From: Spirochaetota bacterium
GTDB taxonomy: Bacteria; Spirochaetota; Spirochaetia; SZUA-6
DNA: 44,206 nucleotides
Direction of reading: 5' to 3'
NCBI GenBank assembly: GCA_013151965.1
Contig: JAADHF010000089.1
Location: 1-44,206 of the forward strand
The stretch's first letter is position 1; each line of letters starts with the position of its first letter. The notes below the pieces were generated by a model. It had not been told where the DNA came from, did no database searches, and saw nothing but the letters and a program-made list of their open reading frames with translations. The position numbers were made by a program, and so were the translations under genes. Shown piece after piece: positions 1 through 9,029 of this stretch.

Positions 1-2
1 AG

Positions 3-551
3 CCTGTTTCCGGTTTTTATATCACAGATAATTACGCATATTTTGCAACAAAATTGGGAGCCTTCCGCCTGTCAGCCGATATCATTACAACGTACAACGG
101 TACTAGTATGCCCGATTTAATGGATTATGCCGATTTCTTCTCCGTTACGGATTCGAAAGGAGAAATACCCATCGTCTCTCTTGCCGGATACACTTCAGGT
201 TCCGATGCATACCTTATAATCGGAACGGAACGGGGAGCCTATACGGTTAAACTTACAGAAAGCGACACCGAACAGGTCTTCGACACAAATAAAACACTTG
301 ACCCGGTAACCGGAACTGCAGGGTATAATATAACAAAGATAGCCGTTACAAGTGCAAACCACATAGCAATGCTTTCCGACAGAGACCTCTTTATCTCCGA
401 CGGTTCGACCGTTACGCACTATCCGTTTAATTCGGGACTGCCCGGAACATTAACGCCTTCGGGACTGCCCGGAAAACTTACAGACCTCACATGGAACGGC
501 ACGGAACTGCTGATTTCAGGAACAGAGGGGCTGGTCAGTATTACACCTTAA
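3..551 (+). CDS. 5'-truncated CDS (runs off the left edge); C-terminal 180 aa of a hypothetical secreted/surface protein rich in Thr/Gly/Ser
   Basis: The frame containing ORF 54..551 stays open back to nt 3 with no stop. The listed start at 54 is TTG. The tandem repeat SGLPGTLTPSGLPGKLT lies at about 430-478. Confidence 0.5.
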   Translation, partial: PVSGFYITDNYAYFATKLGAFRLSADIITTYNGTSMPDLMDYADFFSVTDSKGEIPIVSLAGYTSGSDAYLIIGTERGAYTVKLTESDTEQVFDTNKTLDPVTGTAGYNITKIAVTSANHIAMLSDRDLFISDGSTVTHYPFNSGLPGTLTPSGLPGKLTDLTWNGTELLISGTEGLVSITP

Positions 552-581
552 CTTCTGCCGGCAGAAACAAACCGGAAATTT

Positions 582-610
582 AAAAAGCCCCCGTGTATAC
601 GGGGGCTTTT
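582..610. terminator. Bidirectional rho-independent terminator between two convergent genes
   Basis: An 8-bp stem GCCCCCGT(587-594)/ACGGGGGC(599-606) with loop GTAT. It is flanked by AAAAA (582-586) and TTTT (607-610). Confidence 0.7.
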
Positions 611-628
611 CCTATCTAAAATTAGTAT

Positions 629-1654
629 TTAAAATTGGCCTCTGATCCCTGTCTCCACTCCAAGGGTAAAATCGGAAGGATCGAATACAGCCGATGCCGT
701 TAAAGCAAAACCCCCGAGTTTAATTTCGAGCCCCCCTGTAAGCAGCAGGGAGAGATTATGAAGCGAATACGAAGCTGCCGGGTCTGTTCCGCCCTGTCCG
801 GTATAACTGACCGTTGTGGAACCATTTACAATCGAAGCATCAAAATTATTCACCGAACCGGTAAAATCCGCCCACTGATACCATGCGGAAACTCTGAAAA
901 AGGGAATAAATACAAGGAGTTTTTTTGAAATATTAAGATCCACACCTGCAGAGTGAACCGCTGCCTCCATACTGAGATCACCCTTTAAATCGAGTGTAAA
1001 CCCCGATAAATCCTGGCTGAATCCCGTTAATGAATAACCCGCATTAAAATTGGTGTAGGAATATCCAGCACCCAGAGAAACACCCGGGAAGCCTCCGGCA
1101 TCGGAAAGGAGTACTTTCCTTACCCTTATTCCACCGTTAAAACTATTCAGTGTAACACCTTTAAGGCCTGCAAGACCTGCTGCAAAATCGGTTAGCCCCT
1201 GCGGAAACATGGAAATCGTAAGAATGGTTTCTACCCCATATACCGTACCGAATCCGACAGCAAACCTGTAATTCGGATAGGGGAAAAATCCCTTTGATGT
1301 TTTGTATAAATTTTGTACATCTGCACCTGCACCTGCAAGTGCCTGATCTATTAATCCGGATACATTTAAAAGTTTAAAAGCAGTATTTTCCGGATCGATA
1401 AACCTGCCGATTCCATGCGACAGTACGGCGCCTCCTGAGAATGCAAAAAACATATGGGGAAAATCTCCTGTCTCAGCCTCTCCCATGCCGGTACCGAGCA
1501 AAGACGATTGCGCCAGGTCCGGCAGCATTTCCCTGCCGAGACCGTCCAGAAGTGAAGAAAGATCATTCCCCAGAGGTTTTAAATCCTGTGCAGACAGAGG
1601 AAAATACAGAACAAACAATAATAAAAGAACTACCGGGAATAACTTTTTTTTCAT
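629..1654 (-). CDS. Hypothetical secreted protein, possibly an outer-membrane beta-barrel
   Basis: Signal peptide MKKKLFPVVLLLLFVLYFPLSAQ. The sequence is Gly/Ser/Thr/aromatic-rich and ends in ...GIRGQF (terminal Phe). Confidence 0.6.
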   Translation of the reverse strand: MKKKLFPVVLLLLFVLYFPLSAQDLKPLGNDLSSLLDGLGREMLPDLAQSSLLGTGMGEAETGDFPHMFFAFSGGAVLSHGIGRFIDPENTAFKLLNVSGLIDQALAGAGADVQNLYKTSKGFFPYPNYRFAVGFGTVYGVETILTISMFPQGLTDFAAGLAGLKGVTLNSFNGGIRVRKVLLSDAGGFPGVSLGAGYSYTNFNAGYSLTGFSQDLSGFTLDLKGDLSMEAAVHSAGVDLNISKKLLVFIPFFRVSAWYQWADFTGSVNNFDASIVNGSTTVSYTGQGGTDPAASYSLHNLSLLLTGGLEIKLGGFALTASAVFDPSDFTLGVETGIRGQF

Positions 1655-1871
1655 TTTAGCCCCCTTTTTGCTTCCGATCTTACCCGTCTAGTGATTATTG
1701 TATACCAAAAGGGCAAACTTATCTACAATAAGCGCAACAAATAAATAAGGTATTCTCAGCTGTTCTGCCGTCTGCACGTATTATCCCGTTAAAAACGGGT
1801 TAAGGTTAACAGGGACCACTTACGGCGCGCTTAATTAGCATGCCATAGGCCAGGCCGTTCAGCTTATATAA

Positions 1872-1900
1872 TTGACACATATCCTTAAAATATGTAGTAT
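1872..1900 (+). promoter_or_regulatory. Sigma70-like promoter upstream of the RND/MMPL gene
   Basis: TTGACA (1872-1877), a 17-nt spacer, then TAGTAT (1895-1900). The element lies about 150 nt upstream of the likely start at 2053. Confidence 0.35.
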
Positions 1901-2052
1901 TATTCTCCTGCACAGGAGTCTCATACAATACTTTGTGTATTTATGTTTCTCCTTTTTTGTGGATTTTATTTTTACTTAAGATCAGGCTATGGCAGAAAAA
2001 CTTAATGTTAAAGAATACTAACGGGAATTCATCTTATACAGACCGTTCTTTC

Positions 2053-4350
2053 ATGTTCAGAATGGTCGCATTTTCGGAAAAACACAGGTATATGATAATT
2101 GTCATTACAATACTCATAACCGTTTTCTTAGGATATTTTGCAACAAAAATCAAAATCGAATCTTCGGTGCGGGACCTTCTGCCCCGAAATTCGAAGATCG
2201 TAAAACTTACCGAAAAATACGGCGGAGCTTTAAATAACACCGATTTTCTCGTATTAGCATTCGAAGCCAGAGGAAAACTTACACTTAAAAAGACAAAAGT
2301 GCTTTATAAAACGATTAAGAGCATCGAATCCCTGCCGGATGTCCATGAAAGCATTAACCCGTTTAATATAGTTACATTCCGGAAAGACGGCATAAGGTTA
2401 AAATTTACCACCCTCGCAAAAGACAGTAAACCTCCGCAGAATGAAAAAGACTTTAAGATTTTTTTGAACCGTCTGGAAACGGATCAAATTGCAAAAAACC
2501 TTGTAATTTCCGGCGACAAAACCACCCTGGCGGTACTTTTTCCAGTTGATTCCGGGGTTGACTATGAACAGCTTCTGCAGTCTGTCAGAAAAATACTAAA
2601 GGGAATACAGATCTCATTCGGTACATATATAGCCGGACAATTCCCGCTGGATGAAACAACATCAAAATACCTGGCAAACGATGTCCCCAGATTCCTTATA
2701 CTTGCCATGATCGTTATACTTTTAGTTTACTACTTCGGCTTTAAAACAGTTCGTGCAGTAATTCTGCCGATAACAACCGTATCGCTCGGAACCCTGTGGA
2801 CAGCCGGAATAATGAGTCTTTTAGGATTCAAATTAACCGTTGTCAGTATGATGACACCGCCGCTGGTGCTTACCCTCGGAAGTTCGTACAGCATTCATGT
2901 TTTAAACCAGTACTATAGAGAAGCCACTCTTAAAAACAACAAGATTAAATGGATAGCCGAATCCGTTACTCACATTAATAAAACAATTATGATGGCTGCA
3001 CTTACAACGGTAATCGGTTTTTTCAGCCTCATTTCGGCTCACATAAGGCAGATCAGGGAATTCGGAATAGCCACAAGTATGGGCATTATCTTCTGCGCCC
3101 TGCTCTCTCTGTTCTTTTTTCCCGCAGTTCTTTCCCTGCTGCCTCCGCCTACCCTGAAGCAGAAAAAACGGGTAACAGAGGGTTCTGTTACAAGGCTGCT
3201 CGGCAGAATAGGCAAGAATATCATACATTGGAGAATATTTATTCTTATCGGTGTAGTGGTAATAATTGCACTTTTTTTTGTTTCCATTAAGCATGTCGAA
3301 TATCAGACGGATTTTACAAAGTACTACAAGAAAAAGGAAAAGGCAATAAATGATAATCTTTTTGTGGTGAGAAAATTCGGCGGTTACATTTACGGCTATA
3401 TAACCTTAAGCGGCCCGAAAGGTAAAAATAATTATTTCCTGGGCCCGAAGGTTCTAAAAAAGGTTTCCGCATTCGAATCGAGGCTGCGTAAAGATCATGA
3501 TATAGCATATATATCATCCTTTGTTACATACCTCGAGCTGATGAATAAAACAATGACAGGCAGATATGAAATACCGAAAAACAGAGGTATGATACTGCTT
3601 TTATCAAGGTATTTTAAGGCTTTGGCTGCAACGTCGCAGGGCAGTTCCGTTATAGGCACGGTTCTTCATAAAAATTTTAATAAACTCACAATTGCAATAA
3701 GAATTTATAACAGCGACACAAAGAGCTTTATGCTGGAACAGAGATTTAAAACATTCAGTGCACAATTAACACGCGATGAAAAAGACACACTGGGTCCTGA
3801 AATACGTACGGAACTCTGGGGCAACAATCTCTCCGCATTCTACCTGTCCGAGACACTTGCGCATGACCAGGTAACCTCGTTACTGGTTTCCGCCCTGCTT
3901 ATTTTTCTCATTACATCTTTGGCCTTCCGCTCCTTCCTGTTCGGTTTGTTCGCCCTTATACCGATGACTGTGGGTATAATGGTTAACTTTATATGTATGT
4001 ATATTTTAAAAATACCACTCGATGTCGTTACCATTACTTTTTCCAGTGTAGCCATCGGTGTCGGTGTCGATACATCGATTCATCTTATAATCCAGTTTAA
4101 CAAGCAGAGGAGGGCAAAGAACAGCGATCCGCATAAGATTCTTGTAAACACGCTGCAGATTGCAGGGAGACCGATTTTGCTTACAACATTATCACTGGTC
4201 TCCGGACTCCTTGTTTTAGCTTTCTCCAGTTTTACACCCATTATGTTTTTCGGGATACTTGTATCACTGGTTCTGTTTACAACCGCTATAGGAGCCATTA
4301 TTGTTCTGCCGGTTTTTTTATCATTTTTTATTAGAACGGGAAAGCCATGA
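2053..4350 (+). CDS. RND-superfamily (MMPL/HAE3-like) membrane exporter; the ORF track starts at 1933 but Met at 2053 is the more likely start
   Basis: Two blocks of about 6 TM helices are each preceded by a large extracytoplasmic loop. The N-terminus MFRMVAFSEKHRYMIIVITILITVFLGYFATKIKIES matches the typical HAE3 start followed by TM1. The upstream 40 codons (MCIYVSPFLWILF...) look like a spurious extension. Confidence 0.7.
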   Translation: MFRMVAFSEKHRYMIIVITILITVFLGYFATKIKIESSVRDLLPRNSKIVKLTEKYGGALNNTDFLVLAFEARGKLTLKKTKVLYKTIKSIESLPDVHESINPFNIVTFRKDGIRLKFTTLAKDSKPPQNEKDFKIFLNRLETDQIAKNLVISGDKTTLAVLFPVDSGVDYEQLLQSVRKILKGIQISFGTYIAGQFPLDETTSKYLANDVPRFLILAMIVILLVYYFGFKTVRAVILPITTVSLGTLWTAGIMSLLGFKLTVVSMMTPPLVLTLGSSYSIHVLNQYYREATLKNNKIKWIAESVTHINKTIMMAALTTVIGFFSLISAHIRQIREFGIATSMGIIFCALLSLFFFPAVLSLLPPPTLKQKKRVTEGSVTRLLGRIGKNIIHWRIFILIGVVVIIALFFVSIKHVEYQTDFTKYYKKKEKAINDNLFVVRKFGGYIYGYITLSGPKGKNNYFLGPKVLKKVSAFESRLRKDHDIAYISSFVTYLELMNKTMTGRYEIPKNRGMILLLSRYFKALAATSQGSSVIGTVLHKNFNKLTIAIRIYNSDTKSFMLEQRFKTFSAQLTRDEKDTLGPEIRTELWGNNLSAFYLSETLAHDQVTSLLVSALLIFLITSLAFRSFLFGLFALIPMTVGIMVNFICMYILKIPLDVVTITFSSVAIGVGVDTSIHLIIQFNKQRRAKNSDPHKILVNTLQIAGRPILLTTLSLVSGLLVLAFSSFTPIMFFGILVSLVLFTTAIGAIIVLPVFLSFFIRTGKP

Positions 4351-5471
4351 GCAGAGATTCGGATAGTATAAATACATCTTCTTTTTTAAAGAGCCTGGGA
4401 TTTCCGGAAGTGGCGATTCACAGATCCTTCGACCATTTCGATTTTAAGAAAGCCGGCAGAAGAATACTGGTGATAGGGCCGATGGGTTCCGGAAAAACCG
4501 AGTATTCATCCAGGGTATGGAGAGATTCTCTTGTAGCCAAAAAGAAATCCGATGCAATAGAGTCGCTGACAAAAACCGGGAATGCGGATAGGCGGAATGT
4601 ATTTTTTATACGGTCGATTCTGGATGAGGAACGTTTTCCGGACTACCCCTCCGATGCACTTGCATACCGCGGCGGTTACGAACGATGCGGGGCAAATATA
4701 GCGTCGATACGTGATTCTTTTGAACTTGAAAAGATCATCGGCGGTAATCCGCATATCGGTACATGGATAATCGACGAAGCTACTTTCTATGAGGAACGGG
4801 TTGCCTATATAGTTAAGAATGGGTCGGAAAAAAACAACTTAATTTTTATTTTCCCGTCACTTATACTTAATTTCAGAAAGGAGATTTTTAATCCTACGGC
4901 AAAACTTCTACTTGATATCACAACTGATATCTTTCCGCTTACCGCCTACTGCGAACATCCGGACTGCCTTAAGGATTCTTTTTATACGTACAGATATTAT
5001 ACAGTTGGTAACGAAGAATGTCCTGCACTTTACTTTGATCCGCTGATAATAATCGGAGGAGACAGGGACAAGGACAACCCCCTCGAGCCTGATTACTGCA
5101 CGCGGTGCGACAGGCATCATTATCTTCCAGGCAAAGAATATACCTTTCTGATACTGAAACCCCTTGGAGAAAAAGCCTCCGAAGGCGACTACGAACCGCT
5201 TAAAAAGGAACTTTCTTTAATCAGGAACAGCATGGAAAAATCCGCACTTTATATGCATTTTTACGAGAAGTACATCGAGATTTACGACCCCGAACCTGTT
5301 ATGATGAATGCACTTAAAGTCCCATGTATTGCAGAAAAAGCGCTGATCTATCTCTTTGCCGAACAGAATTTAATCCCGGCGGGTAAACTTAAAATACTTG
5401 CAGGGGAACTTGATTTAAATACCGAATATATGGAAAAGAGATTGACGGACAATCACAGGTCCTTTTTATGA
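4347..5471 (+). CDS. Divergent thymidine kinase (TK1-family) homolog with a long insertion and a C-terminal extension
   Basis: P-loop VIGPMGSGKTE matches TK1 ILGPMFSGKSTE. IDEATFY matches TK1 IDEGQFF. IIGGDRD...CTRCDRHHY matches the TK1 VIGGADKYHSVCRLCY zinc/lasso region. The ATGA at 4347-4350 overlaps the upstream gene's stop. Confidence 0.55.
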   Translation: MSRDSDSINTSSFLKSLGFPEVAIHRSFDHFDFKKAGRRILVIGPMGSGKTEYSSRVWRDSLVAKKKSDAIESLTKTGNADRRNVFFIRSILDEERFPDYPSDALAYRGGYERCGANIASIRDSFELEKIIGGNPHIGTWIIDEATFYEERVAYIVKNGSEKNNLIFIFPSLILNFRKEIFNPTAKLLLDITTDIFPLTAYCEHPDCLKDSFYTYRYYTVGNEECPALYFDPLIIIGGDRDKDNPLEPDYCTRCDRHHYLPGKEYTFLILKPLGEKASEGDYEPLKKELSLIRNSMEKSALYMHFYEKYIEIYDPEPVMMNALKVPCIAEKALIYLFAEQNLIPAGKLKILAGELDLNTEYMEKRLTDNHRSFL

Positions 5472-5505
5472 TCTTTATACAATTAGCGAGGCATTAGACA
5501 GAGTA

Positions 5506-6621
5506 ATGGGTTCGAAACTTGAAGAACTTGCAAATCCGGGCATACTTTCCATTAAACCTTATGTTCCCGGTAAATCAATACAGGAAGTTATAAAGGAAAA
5601 GGGGGTTAGAGATGTCATAAAGATGGCATCCAATGAGAATCCTCTCGGCATTTCGCCCCTTGCCTACAGGGCAGTTAAAGAAACACTTACAAATTCTTTT
5701 CAGTATCCCGAAGTAAGCAGCCTTAAACTGCGCGAGGCTTTGTCCGGGAAACTCGATATTCCTCCGGAGTATATCATGATAGGAAACGGCGCGGATGAAC
5801 TGATATATACTCTTGCCATGACGTTTTTAACGGACGGCGATGAAGTCATAATTCCCGAAATAACATTTTCCATGTATGAGATTGTGGCTCTGGCCATGAG
5901 GGGCAGAGTCGTAAAATCCCGTCTGGTCAATCTTAAAATAGACCTTAACGATATACTTTCCGGAATAACAGAAAAGACAAAGCTGATCTTTCTCTGCAAC
6001 CCCAATAATCCGACCGGCGACCTGCTGGATAAAGAAAATATTTACAGATTCATATCCTCCGTGCCGGATAATATTATTATTGTGCACGATGAATGTTATG
6101 CGGAATTTGCAGATGAAAATTACGTACCGAATCTAAGGCCTTTTATAAGAGACGGCAAAAAAAATATAATCCTGCTCCGCACATTTTCCAAAATATACGG
6201 CCTGGCGGGAATAAGAGTCGGGTACGGTATAGCAGACCCTGAAATGCTCGAATTAATGTACAGGATAAGACCTCCCTTCGGCGTTTCCGTGCCTGCGCAG
6301 GAAGCGGGTACTGCGGCATTGCAGGATGAATCTTTCTTTAAAGAAACGCTTAGTTTAACGGAGAGGGGTAAACACTATATATACGGGGAACTTAAGCGTC
6401 TCGGATTATTCTTTATAAATTCTCACACCAATTTTATTCTGATAGACACAAAAAGGGACTGCAGAGTCATTATGGATAAAATGATATCCAGGGGCATTAT
6501 CGTCCGTCCGATGAACGGGTATAACCTTCCCACATACATTCGCATTACCGTGGGAACAGAAGAACAGAACAGAAAATTTATAACTGCTCTGGAAAATGTT
6601 CTCAAGGAGGAAACCGGATAA
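5506..6621 (+). CDS. hisC: Histidinol-phosphate aminotransferase
   Basis: 371 aa of class-II aminotransferase fold with HisC-like motifs (NENPLG, the PLP-lysine region FSKIYGLAGIRVGY) and typical length. Confidence 0.85.
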   Translation: MGSKLEELANPGILSIKPYVPGKSIQEVIKEKGVRDVIKMASNENPLGISPLAYRAVKETLTNSFQYPEVSSLKLREALSGKLDIPPEYIMIGNGADELIYTLAMTFLTDGDEVIIPEITFSMYEIVALAMRGRVVKSRLVNLKIDLNDILSGITEKTKLIFLCNPNNPTGDLLDKENIYRFISSVPDNIIIVHDECYAEFADENYVPNLRPFIRDGKKNIILLRTFSKIYGLAGIRVGYGIADPEMLELMYRIRPPFGVSVPAQEAGTAALQDESFFKETLSLTERGKHYIYGELKRLGLFFINSHTNFILIDTKRDCRVIMDKMISRGIIVRPMNGYNLPTYIRITVGTEEQNRKFITALENVLKEETG

Positions 6622-7331
6622 AAGCCGCGGTTTTACTAATAGTATCCATTATTCTACTCTTTTCGGGATGTTCGGGCAAACCCCCTGAGATCCTGCAGGT
6701 TGACTGGCAGATGAATGCAGTGCGTAACCCGGACTCATTAGAGATATACCAGGCATTAAGCCTGTTTATCGATGTAACCGACCCGGATGGAATAAACGAT
6801 ATAGAAAGCATATACCTTATCAATGATGAGAATGAACTTTACTGGAAACTGACTGCAGAAGAGTGGGAAAAGAAAACAGCAGGAGGAGAAACCTGGCTCG
6901 GAAGCAACTCCTTACTGATGCCGGACGGATCGCGTTTTCCGGGAGGAGAGTACAGAATTCTCGTACAGGATACCGGAGGCGACTCCGACGAAAGAACACT
7001 GGCCATAACCGTTCCTCCCTTAAATATTTCGAAATTAAATTTCCCCGGAGTTATGGTAAAAACAGGAATTATTACGATCAAGGGGGTTAGAAAATCCTAC
7101 AGCTTATGGACTTACAGCACATCAGGCAAATACATTAACACCTTTACCCTTACTAATAAAACATTAAAAATAAACGAACTTACACAGGGCAAGCCCATCC
7201 TGTCAAAGGGATTTAACTGTTATATTTATACATACTCCTCACGCAGCAGGTACGGCCTTATATCCGGGCCTTACTACATAGAAGCTCTGGGATCCGGACG
7301 GAGAAATTCCGACAGCAGAGGCAGCAATTGA
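6618..7331 (+). CDS. Hypothetical lipoprotein; proposed start is ATA at 6618 (ORF track lists an internal ATG at 6711)
   Basis: The frame is open from 6618 and encodes (M)KAAVLLIVSIILLFSGCSGKPP, a classic lipoprotein signal peptide with lipobox LFSGC. A perfect SD AAGGAGG (6604-6610) lies 7 nt upstream. The ATA overlaps the hisC TAA stop (ATAA, analogous to ATGA coupling). Confidence 0.5.
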   Translation: MKAAVLLIVSIILLFSGCSGKPPEILQVDWQMNAVRNPDSLEIYQALSLFIDVTDPDGINDIESIYLINDENELYWKLTAEEWEKKTAGGETWLGSNSLLMPDGSRFPGGEYRILVQDTGGDSDERTLAITVPPLNISKLNFPGVMVKTGIITIKGVRKSYSLWTYSTSGKYINTFTLTNKTLKINELTQGKPILSKGFNCYIYTYSSRSRYGLISGPYYIEALGSGRRNSDSRGSN

Positions 7332-8812
7332 AACAGTATATACTTTCCCTCGATCAGGGAACGACCAGTTCCCGTGCAATTGTTTTTGACCACTCCGGAA
7401 GCATAATTGCAGGTTCTCAGAAAGAGTTTACCCAGTATTTTCCGAAGCCGGGATGGGTGGAACACAACCCGGTGGAAATATGGGAAACACAGCTTTTAAC
7501 TGCAGGGGAAGCCATACAAAAAGCCGGCATCAAAGGGGAACAGATAGCAGCAATCGGTATTACAAACCAGCGTGAAACTACCGTACTGTGGGAGAAAAAA
7601 ACAGGCAAACCTGTATATAATGCCATAGTCTGGCAATGCAGGCGTACAACGGACATCTGCAATGAATTAAAAAAGTCCGGATTGGAAGATACGATAAGGA
7701 AAAAAACAGGGCTCCTGCTCGATCCCTATTTTTCCGGAACAAAGATAAAGTGGATTCTGGATAATATCCCGGAAATAAGAAAGAGAGCGGAAAAGGGAGA
7801 AATTGCCTTCGGCACAGTCGATTCATGGCTTATCTATAACCTTACGGGCAGACATGTTACGGAACCTTCCAATGCTTCGAGAACACTTCTATACAATATT
7901 AATGACGGAAACTGGGATTCGGAGATTTTAAAGGAACTTAACATTCCGGGAGCTATGCTTCCTGTAATCTCAGCCTCCTCGGGATATTTCGGCAAAACAA
8001 AAAGAGAACTTTTCGGCGCAGAGATACCGGTAACAGGGGCTGCAGGAGACCAGCAGGCAGCGCTTTTCGGGCAGACCTGTTTTAAGAAGGGTGATGTAAA
8101 GATAACCTACGGCACGGGCTGCTTTTCCCTGATGAATACAGGAAACAGACCGGTTTTCTCGAAGAATAACCTGCTCACAACAGTTGCCTGGGACTTAGGC
8201 GGGGGGCTTCAGTACGCCATAGAGGGTTCTATTTTTATAGCCGGCGCTGTTGTTCAGTGGCTGAAAGATAAACTTCAAATTATAGACAGTTCGCCTGAAT
8301 CGGAAAAACTCGCACTATCCGTTAAGGATACCGGAGGTGTTTACTTTGTGCCGGCTTTTACCGGCCTGGGAGCGCCTTACTGGGATCCGGATGTACGGGG
8401 AACAATACTGGGAATAACCCGGGGAACAAACCGTGCTCATATCGTACGGGCAGCCCTGGAAAGTATAGCATTCCAGAGCAAAGACTTAATCGATGCCATG
8501 GAACAGGATGTTAAACTTAAGGTTAAGGAAATAAAGACCGACGGCGGAGCTTCGCTTAACAGCTTTCTTATGCAGTTTCAGGCTGACATTCTTAATAAAT
8601 CCATTATTCTGCCGCAGACAGCGGAAACTACCGCTCTGGGCGCTGCCTGCCTTGCCGGGCTCAGTACCGGCTACTGGGAAAATATAGATGAGATAAAGAA
8701 AAACTGGAAAATAAGAAAGGAGTATACCCCTGACACAAATGATGCCATCCGAAGAGAAAAGATCGAATCATGGAACCGTGCGGTTAAAGCAGCGGAAACA
8801 TTTAAAGCATAA
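7328..8812 (+). CDS. glpK: Glycerol kinase
   Basis: N-terminus MKQYILSLDQGTTSSRAIVFD matches the FGGY-kinase/GlpK signature. Length is 494 aa. The TTG start forms a TTGA overlap with the upstream stop. Confidence 0.9.
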   Translation: MKQYILSLDQGTTSSRAIVFDHSGSIIAGSQKEFTQYFPKPGWVEHNPVEIWETQLLTAGEAIQKAGIKGEQIAAIGITNQRETTVLWEKKTGKPVYNAIVWQCRRTTDICNELKKSGLEDTIRKKTGLLLDPYFSGTKIKWILDNIPEIRKRAEKGEIAFGTVDSWLIYNLTGRHVTEPSNASRTLLYNINDGNWDSEILKELNIPGAMLPVISASSGYFGKTKRELFGAEIPVTGAAGDQQAALFGQTCFKKGDVKITYGTGCFSLMNTGNRPVFSKNNLLTTVAWDLGGGLQYAIEGSIFIAGAVVQWLKDKLQIIDSSPESEKLALSVKDTGGVYFVPAFTGLGAPYWDPDVRGTILGITRGTNRAHIVRAALESIAFQSKDLIDAMEQDVKLKVKEIKTDGGASLNSFLMQFQADILNKSIILPQTAETTALGAACLAGLSTGYWENIDEIKKNWKIRKEYTPDTNDAIRREKIESWNRAVKAAETFKA

Positions 8813-8827
8813 TTTTAAAGCATAAAA

Positions 8828-8864
8828 AAGGCTTAATCTCCGTTAAAACCGTAGATTAAGCCTT
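8828..8864 (-). terminator. Rho-independent terminator immediately 3' of tRNA-Phe (read on the minus strand)
   Basis: A 12-bp stem AAGGCTTAATCT/AGATTAAGCCTT with a 13-nt loop, followed on the minus strand by TTTTTT (complement of 8824-8829). Confidence 0.55.
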
Positions 8865-8865
8865 G

Positions 8866-8938
<73 letters not shown>

Positions 8939-8950
8939 AATATGTAATGC

Positions 8951-8979
8951 AAATTAACAAGAACTTTTATACTTGTCAA
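8951..8979 (-). promoter_or_regulatory. Putative sigma70 promoter for tRNA-Phe
   Basis: On the minus strand: TTGACA (complement of 8974-8979), a 17-nt spacer, then TAATTT (complement of 8951-8956), about 12 nt before the tRNA 5' end. Confidence 0.3.
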
Positions 8980-9029
8980 TACCTTAACTCATTGAAATTT
9001 AACAATTACTCTGTTATCCTGTATATACT

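Noticed and set aside
1784-1798. Small hairpin CCCGTT-AAA-AACGGG in the divergent intergenic region
   Set aside because: It is 6 bp with no U-tract and not positioned after any gene end, so it is probably incidental.
1933-2052. 40-codon N-terminal extension of the RND/MMPL ORF
   Set aside because: The extension (MCIYVSPFLWILF...) is unlike any transporter N-terminus. The internal Met at 2053 gives the canonical short cytoplasmic start followed by TM1.
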